Assembly (NCBI GenBank): GCA_051652765.1
Contig: JBOFUV010000096.1
Coordinates: 1-13,361, forward strand
Direction of reading: 5' to 3'
From: Microcoleaceae cyanobacterium
GTDB taxonomy: Bacteria > Cyanobacteriota > Cyanobacteriia > Cyanobacteriales > Microcoleaceae
DNA: 13,361 nucleotides
Part shown: positions 7,870 to 13,361 of the stretch, piece after piece
Layout of the letters: every line of letters starts with the position of its first letter
Position numbering within the stretch: the stretch's first letter is position 1
Made by a program: the position numbers and the translations under genes
Notes under the pieces: generated by a model
The model's input: only the letters and a program-made list of their open reading frames with translations
Database searches by the model: none
What the model was told of the DNA's origin: nothing

Positions 7870-9201
7870 ATGACTACACCTCTAGTTGCATTACAAAAAC
7901 CCAAGGATATTTCTCTGAGTGAGATTGAGGCCGAACTCAATAATATCTGGATCGGTCAAAGCTCTGAAGGCGGTAAAACAGCAACGATTGCCACCAGAGC
8001 CGCGACTTTTAGCATGGTGATCTATGAACCCGAAGAATTTCAGCAAATTCTAGCCGCTCTGAGTTTCTATCGAGGACCCATTGACGGTTTTCACGGGACA
8101 GAGACTCGCGAGGCCATCAAAGAAGCCCAGAAAGCCTTTGGTCTGAATATCAATGGCCGAATTGATGGGGATACTCTAGTCAGACTGCGGGCAGAATACG
8201 AGAAACTTTCTGAGCAACACAAGCTATTTTCTAACCTGGATGCTCGTGGGTTTAGCATTAGTGAGGCGATCGCCGCCCAGAATCCCTGTCGGATCATTAC
8301 CCTCTGTCCAACCCTAGGCGAGGATACCGGGGTGACGGCTCAGGTTTCAGCTTACTGCCCAATCCGCAAAAAACAGGAAAATTTAGTCTGTGCAGAATAC
8401 ATTACTCTGCGGGGCACCAAGGGAGCCATGGAGCGGGTGAGCGATATGGTCACGTCCTTGATGATTCCTGACCTCCCTAAATTTGTCTGGTGGAAAGCCA
8501 CCCCCAACTCTGACCAGGAATTGTTTAAGCAACTCTCAACTGCCAGCAACTGTCTGATTGTTGATTCCTGCTACTTTAGCGATCCAGAGTCCGAGTTGCT
8601 GAAAATGCAGGAGCTGATTGACAATGAAATCTACATTGCCGACCTCAACTGGCATCGTCTCTCTCCCTGGCAAGAACTGACCGCAGAAGCCTTCGATCCT
8701 CCCGAACGCCGGGAAGCCCTGGCAGAGGTTGACAATATTGCCATTGACTTTGAAAAAGGGAACGCCGCTCAAGCCCTGATGTTCCTGGGATGGCTAGCCA
8801 GTCGGTTGGATTGGCAGCCCGTCTCGTTCACAGAGGCTGGAGGAGATTATGACCTGAAATACGTTAAGTTTAAGAGCAATATTGGCAAGGAGATTACCGC
8901 AGAATTAGCTGCAATTCCTACGGCGGATTTAGGAGAGGTTCCAGGGGATCTCGTCGGCTTACGTCTGGTATCGATGAGCAACCCAGAGGCAGACTGTTGC
9001 ACGATTTTATGTTCAGAAACCACAGGCTGTATGCGGATGGAATCTGGAGGCAGCGCCCAGTCTTGTCGAACCGAACAGGTCAGCGCCACGTCTGATCAAA
9101 AAGCTGAATCCTTGATGACCCAGCAATTGCAGCGCTGGGGTCGCAATGCCCTCTATGAGGAAAGCTTGGCGCTAACGGCACAAATTCTCGGCCTGCGGTA
9201 G
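7870..9201 (+). CDS. opcA: G6PDH allosteric activator/assembly protein OpcA
   Basis: Directly downstream of zwf; LQKPKDISLSEIEAEL, RAATFSMVIYEPEE, NPCRIITLCP, QVSAYCPI, LPKFVWWKA, DLNWHRL, CSETTGCMRME. The ORF-track GTG start at 7756 only translates the repeat spacer, so ATG 7870 is preferred. Confidence 0.95.
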   Translation: MTTPLVALQKPKDISLSEIEAELNNIWIGQSSEGGKTATIATRAATFSMVIYEPEEFQQILAALSFYRGPIDGFHGTETREAIKEAQKAFGLNINGRIDGDTLVRLRAEYEKLSEQHKLFSNLDARGFSISEAIAAQNPCRIITLCPTLGEDTGVTAQVSAYCPIRKKQENLVCAEYITLRGTKGAMERVSDMVTSLMIPDLPKFVWWKATPNSDQELFKQLSTASNCLIVDSCYFSDPESELLKMQELIDNEIYIADLNWHRLSPWQELTAEAFDPPERREALAEVDNIAIDFEKGNAAQALMFLGWLASRLDWQPVSFTEAGGDYDLKYVKFKSNIGKEITAELAAIPTADLGEVPGDLVGLRLVSMSNPEADCCTILCSETTGCMRMESGGSAQSCRTEQVSATSDQKAESLMTQQLQRWGRNALYEESLALTAQILGLR

Positions 9202-9225
9202 GTAAGAAATTCATCATTCTAAGTT

Positions 9226-10671
9226 CTATTGATTTAGAGATCCGGCTGATAGCACTTTAGTTAGATATTTTGGCAAAAAGATAATCAGCGTTGTACCTTG
9301 ATTGACCTGGCTGTTAACTTGAATTTGGCCTTGATGGTTTTCAACGATGGCTTGGGCGATCGCCAGTCCCAATCCTGATCCCTCACTTCTAGAATGGCTA
9401 CGAGCCGGATCGACTCGATAGAACCGCTCAAAAATCTGGGGCAATGCTTCCACGGGAATCCCAATCCCTGTATCGGTGACCGTGACCTGAACTCCTTGTT
9501 TCTGGGATGGGCGTTTGGGTTTGAAGCTGGGTTTGAGACTGGGCTGGAGGCGAACCTCAACCAGACCCCCTGCCGGAGTGTATTGGACAGCGTTGCTAAT
9601 CACATTAGTAAATAGTCCTATCAGTTGATCCCAATCTCCCTCAATCATGAAGTCTGGTTGCAGGCGATCAGCTTGGGTTGGGTTTCCTGGGCTTTCGTCT
9701 GGATTGGGTTCATCAGCAAGATCGAGAACAAGGTGAACACCTTGGGCCGTGGCGATCGCTGTTTGTTCTTCAATCACTTCAATCAGCAGGGCATCCAGCG
9801 GAATTTCAGCAAATTCAGACAGCATCAGACCGCTGTCCTGCCGAGCCAGGAACAGTAAATCCTCGACTAAACGGCCCAAACGCCGAGTAATCCGTTCAAT
9901 CACTTGGAGTTGTTGGCGCTCTTGGGCATTCAAACTAGGATCTGTCAAGGCGACTTGAACACTGGTTTGAATCGTGGCAATCGGATTTCGCAGTTCGTGG
10001 GAGGCATCAGCAGTGAACTGTTTCAATCGTTGAAACGCCTCTCGAATCGGATCAATTGCCAATCCAGACAGCAACCAACCAATCGCCCCTACAGAAATCA
10101 CAGTCAAAATCAATCCCACAGCCAGATCAACCATCAACTGGCGGGAAGGCTTTGTCACCTCAAACCAGGGATGACTGACTCGCAAATATCCTAAAACTTG
10201 CCGACCCACTTGTATCCTTTCTGTCACTTGCCGGAGGGGCAGCTCAAGGGTTGTAGAACCTGTTTGAGTCTCTCGGACGGTTTCATGGCGATTGGGATGG
10301 AGCGGTAAATTCAGTGGTTCTAGCAAAGTAGACCAGAGCAATTCCCCAGTCGGACTAAACCATTCCAGATCAATGCGATCATCGTCGTTCGCACGAGCGG
10401 TGTTGCGGAAACTATCTTCAACATTGACCTGTAACGGGCTGACCTCAGGAGATCTGACCGAATTTTCTAACGGACTTTCCCCTGACATCGCCATAGGTTC
10501 AATCACCAGAGATCGCTCCACCACCTCTACAACGTGATTCAGGGTGTCATCGACTCGCTCTACTAGGGTATTGTGAACGTAGAAATAAAAGCCACTGGCA
10601 AACAGCAGCAATAAAACCCCAGTTACACTGGTGTACCAAATTGCCAATCGTCGCCGAGTTGTCTGAAACAT
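9226..10671 (-). CDS. Membrane sensor histidine kinase (2 TM, extracytoplasmic domain, HisKA, HATPase); possibly ManS/Hik27-like
   Basis: TM1 LAIWYTSVTGVLLLLFASGFYFYV; TM2 LAVGLILTVISVGAIGWLLSGLAI; H-box FTADASHELRNP; N-box NVISNAVQYT; G1 DTGIGIP; F IFERFYR; G2 GSGLGLAIA. The subfamily guess is from memory only. Confidence 0.93.
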   Translation of the reverse strand: MFQTTRRRLAIWYTSVTGVLLLLFASGFYFYVHNTLVERVDDTLNHVVEVVERSLVIEPMAMSGESPLENSVRSPEVSPLQVNVEDSFRNTARANDDDRIDLEWFSPTGELLWSTLLEPLNLPLHPNRHETVRETQTGSTTLELPLRQVTERIQVGRQVLGYLRVSHPWFEVTKPSRQLMVDLAVGLILTVISVGAIGWLLSGLAIDPIREAFQRLKQFTADASHELRNPIATIQTSVQVALTDPSLNAQERQQLQVIERITRRLGRLVEDLLFLARQDSGLMLSEFAEIPLDALLIEVIEEQTAIATAQGVHLVLDLADEPNPDESPGNPTQADRLQPDFMIEGDWDQLIGLFTNVISNAVQYTPAGGLVEVRLQPSLKPSFKPKRPSQKQGVQVTVTDTGIGIPVEALPQIFERFYRVDPARSHSRSEGSGLGLAIAQAIVENHQGQIQVNSQVNQGTTLIIFLPKYLTKVLSAGSLNQ

Positions 10672-10752
10672 CTTTCATCAGAAGGCGCTGGATCAATCCC
10701 CTACAAAACAACAAAGGGAGTTCATACAAGCTAATTCTATAAGCTCAAATTT

Positions 10753-11892
10753 TTAGGGCTGAAACTGAACCTTTAGAAGCGAAAAATCGTCTTCAAAGGG
10801 ATTGTTAGAATTGATTATTCTAATAGTATTGAGAATACTCTCTAAAGTTCCTCCCGTTGAATAATGATAGTCAGCCAGCATATGAACAAATGCATCTAAT
10901 CCTAAAATGTCTCCATCTGGTTGATGAATTTCATAAACACCATCACTGAAAATATATAAACTACTCAATTGCTGAATTTCACATTCTGAATCGGTATATT
11001 CAGCATCTGGGAACATCCCAACAGGCATTCCTGGGGTTTTTAGGCGCTGAACTCTGAGACTATTATGACCTGTTTCAGATAGCAAAATTGCCGGGGGATG
11101 ACCTGCACTAGAATACACCAGTCGTTGCGCGGCTCGATTGTAAACCCCATACCAAATCGTAAAGTATTTATCATTTTGGTAGGTCATTTGAAAGGTGGTA
11201 TTTAGGGCTTTGAGCACTTGGCTGGGCTGGTAATAGCTAATATTTGGAAGGGTCTGCGATCGCAATAGATTCAACACTGAAATTGATGGCAGAGTTGCTT
11301 TGAGACCATGACCCGATGTGTCCATCAAATAAACAGCCAAACAGTCCTTGTCCAGCCAACAGTAGTCAAAACAATCTCCGCCAAGCTGACGGGATGGGAT
11401 AAACTGGGCCTCAATCCGAACAGGTTTACTCAAGGGTTCAGGCAATAGCGATCGCACATAGTCTGCGGCTTCAGATAGTTCAGTCTCTAGTAGTTGCTTT
11501 TGCGTTTGCAAGTCCTGACTGAGTTGGTACAATCGCAAGCCTGCCCTTACCCTGGCATACAGTTCATTCATCTCAAGGGGCTTCGAGATGAAGTCATCGG
11601 CTCCTGCGTCCAGCCCCTTTACCCGATCCGCAACCGATCCCAACGAAGTCAGCAGGAAAAACTGAGTTGTGGACAGTTCAGGCGCTGTCTTGACTTGACG
11701 GCAGACCTCAATCCCCGTCAAGCGCGGCATAATCCAATCACAAATAATCAAGGCAGGACGAAGTTCATGAGCTTTTTGAATGCCCTCTTCACCATCACTT
11801 GCAACGGACACATCGTAGCCCTGCTTCTTGAGTGTTCTTCTTAAAAGCTCCCGAATGACAGTATCATCATCAATCACTAGGATTTTAAACAT
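10753..11892 (-). CDS. Receiver domain fused to a SpoIIE/PP2C (RsbU/RsbY-like) Ser/Thr phosphatase
   Basis: REC domain: ILVIDDD, CDWIMP (phospho-Asp), LLTS, DDFISKP. A coiled-coil linker follows. PP2C motifs: GGDCFD, MDTSGHG, SAGHPP, FSDGVYE, EDDFS. Confidence 0.93.
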   Translation of the reverse strand: MFKILVIDDDTVIRELLRRTLKKQGYDVSVASDGEEGIQKAHELRPALIICDWIMPRLTGIEVCRQVKTAPELSTTQFFLLTSLGSVADRVKGLDAGADDFISKPLEMNELYARVRAGLRLYQLSQDLQTQKQLLETELSEAADYVRSLLPEPLSKPVRIEAQFIPSRQLGGDCFDYCWLDKDCLAVYLMDTSGHGLKATLPSISVLNLLRSQTLPNISYYQPSQVLKALNTTFQMTYQNDKYFTIWYGVYNRAAQRLVYSSAGHPPAILLSETGHNSLRVQRLKTPGMPVGMFPDAEYTDSECEIQQLSSLYIFSDGVYEIHQPDGDILGLDAFVHMLADYHYSTGGTLESILNTIRIINSNNPFEDDFSLLKVQFQP

Positions 11893-12083
11893 GGACAGTT
11901 CGGTGATGTATTTCCGAGGGTGATCGATCGAGAAAGTTTTGACGAAATCTTTGGCCTAAACTGAGTATAGTGTAACGAGATTACTTCCTAAACTCAATGA
12001 ACTAATTCCAAGCTTAATTAACAGTAACGTTAAGTTTGCGTTTATACTGATCTCAGATCTAAATTGTACTTTTCGGACTCAGC

Positions 12084-12557
12084 GTGATCGAATTTGCAGG
12101 TGAGGAACCGTTACCACTTCCCCACAAATCCAAATTTCAAGCTCCTACAAGTCTAGGTTCTTTAGCTGAGCTTCTATCATGGTTTAACGAACTAAAACCT
12201 GTGTTTATTCCGCGATCAATTTGGCTGCGCTGTCAGCTAGCTTTGGCCGAAGGATTTACAAATGCTGTGCGTCATGCCCACCGAGGGTTGCCTACAAATC
12301 AGGTAATTGATATTGAAGTCACTGTTTTACCTCAACAGATTGAAATTCGAGTTTGGGATTATGGGCCATCCTTTGATCTAGAGCAAAAACTTCACGAACT
12401 CCCTAACTTTCCCGATAAAAGTGCAGGAGGCGGTCGGGGTTTAAAACTATTGCAAGACATTGCGGATGAGATTAGCTATCAACGAACTGCAGATCAGCGC
12501 AACTGTCTGTTTATTGTGAAGCACTACCGGGACATTCACCCAACAGAAGAGGACTGA
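12084..12557 (+). CDS. RsbW/SpoIIAB-like anti-sigma factor / Ser-Thr kinase (HATPase_c_2)
   Basis: LALAEGFTNAVRHAH (N-box), VWDYGPSFD (G1), GGRGLKLL (G2); about 157 aa with no HisKA domain. The GTG start is uncertain. Confidence 0.88.
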   Translation: MIEFAGEEPLPLPHKSKFQAPTSLGSLAELLSWFNELKPVFIPRSIWLRCQLALAEGFTNAVRHAHRGLPTNQVIDIEVTVLPQQIEIRVWDYGPSFDLEQKLHELPNFPDKSAGGGRGLKLLQDIADEISYQRTADQRNCLFIVKHYRDIHPTEED

Positions 12558-12590
12558 GAAATTAGGACTGAGAAATTAGGACTCAAAAAT
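12550..12590. repeat. 14-bp tandem repeat (2 exact copies, 1 degenerate) over the kinase stop codon
   Basis: AGGACTGAGAAATT at 12550-12563 and 12564-12577; AGGACTCAAAAAT at 12578-12590. Confidence 0.9.
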
Positions 12591-12610
12591 GGTGAATTTT
12601 TATCCCATAC

Positions 12611-13361
12611 TTAGACTCTAGCGAGGGGATTAAGCCAGTGGAGAATTTCTCGATTGAGCGTGTTTAAATCTCGATACACTTCTTGCTTAATCCACTGGGC
12701 GATCGCATCTAGGGGGGTAAATACCCGACCCACCGACCAACTCATATCCTGACTCATCGGGGTTAAATGATCCCCAGACAAGCGCTGAACCGTTGTCATT
12801 CCGGGAAACCGCGCTTCCAAAATTTGACTTAATCCCGTTGTTTGATCAAGGGTGTCTTTTGTAAATTGAATCAACAGATTTCGTCTGACGGTGTAGTGAT
12901 CTTGCACCAAGCGATTCATTTCTTCCGGTGAGGGAGTGAATTCTACATCAACCAATTGAGAAATCTGTTCCACGAGGGGAATCGACTTACGGGCAGCGTA
13001 ATTGTTGAAGGAAACCAGAATATTTCCGGCGCGTTTGACAGGAAACAGCGAACCAATCAGCAGATGTACCTTGCAACCCATACTGTGACCCAGACCATAA
13101 ATCGGCAAACTCCGTCGCAGCTTTAACGTTGCAAACAAATCTTCTAGACCATCCTCAAATGTCCAGAGGACTTCCTTCGCGATCGCCCCATGATCAAGGG
13201 TGTTGACAAAGGGAGTGGCTATCACAGCATAGCCCTGCTGGGCCAACGGTTCCAGAATCCATCGATAGGTCATTTGCGGTGCCGCAGCCACAAACGCTCC
13301 CCCGAGGAAGTGCACAATTGCCTTAGGACGAGGAGGAATCAAAACCCAGTTGCCAGAAACT
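12611..13361 (-). CDS. DUF1350-like alpha/beta hydrolase, 5'-truncated by the window edge
   Basis: HFLGGAFVA, GLGHSMG (nucleophile elbow), FTKDTLDQT, GDHLTP. The frame stays open past the TTG at 13342 to the edge (...VSGNWVLIPPRPK), so the true start probably lies outside the window. Confidence 0.8.
   Translation of the reverse strand, partial: VSGNWVLIPPRPKAIVHFLGGAFVAAAPQMTYRWILEPLAQQGYAVIATPFVNTLDHGAIAKEVLWTFEDGLEDLFATLKLRRSLPIYGLGHSMGCKVHLLIGSLFPVKRAGNILVSFNNYAARKSIPLVEQISQLVDVEFTPSPEEMNRLVQDHYTVRRNLLIQFTKDTLDQTTGLSQILEARFPGMTTVQRLSGDHLTPMSQDMSWSVGRVFTPLDAIAQWIKQEVYRDLNTLNREILHWLNPLARV

Larger units (their letters stand above)
227..13186. repeat. Dispersed HIP1 octamers (GCGATCGC), at least 10 copies
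   Basis: Read by eye at 227, 1009, 2998, 8266, 9356, 9752, 11256, 11448, 12699 and 13179. Chance expectation for an 8-mer in 13.4 kb is well below one copy. Confidence 0.95.

Noticed and set aside
556..11844. Numerous 60-121 aa alternative-frame and antisense ORFs in the track
   Set aside because: All lie wholly or largely within well-supported genes and show no recognisable motifs, as expected for shadow ORFs.
11972..11984. GTAACGAGATTAC as an NtcA site
   Set aside because: The spacing is GTA-N7-TAC, one base short of the consensus.
12084..12557. Naming the kinase pmgA or rsbW
   Set aside because: Family motifs are clear, but orthology cannot be established without a search. Cyanobacteria carry several paralogues.

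Overview
A cyanobacterial chromosomal window, judged from at least 10 HIP1 octamers (GCGATCGC), STRR-like repeats and cyanobacterial-type opcA, tal and rpmB. From left to right it holds a GC-rich repeat element, a secreted clan GH-A (GH39-like) glycoside hydrolase, rpmB (L28, minus strand), a GH13 neopullulanase/cyclomaltodextrinase, and the oxidative pentose phosphate cluster fbp-tal-zwf-opcA. These are followed by a signalling block (membrane histidine kinase and REC-PP2C phosphatase on minus, divergent RsbW-like kinase on plus) and a DUF1350-like alpha/beta hydrolase cut by the right edge. Most of the window is core metabolism, with no transposase, CRISPR array, tRNA or rRNA visible. The best candidates for undescribed biology are inferential: a partner-switching module lacking its STAS and sigma partners next to the glucan/OPP catabolic genes, the neopullulanase placed directly ahead of the OPP operon, a 3 x 10-bp repeat at an activator-like position before fbp, and structured junctions inside the operon. 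All assignments come from motif recognition, and no database search was run.
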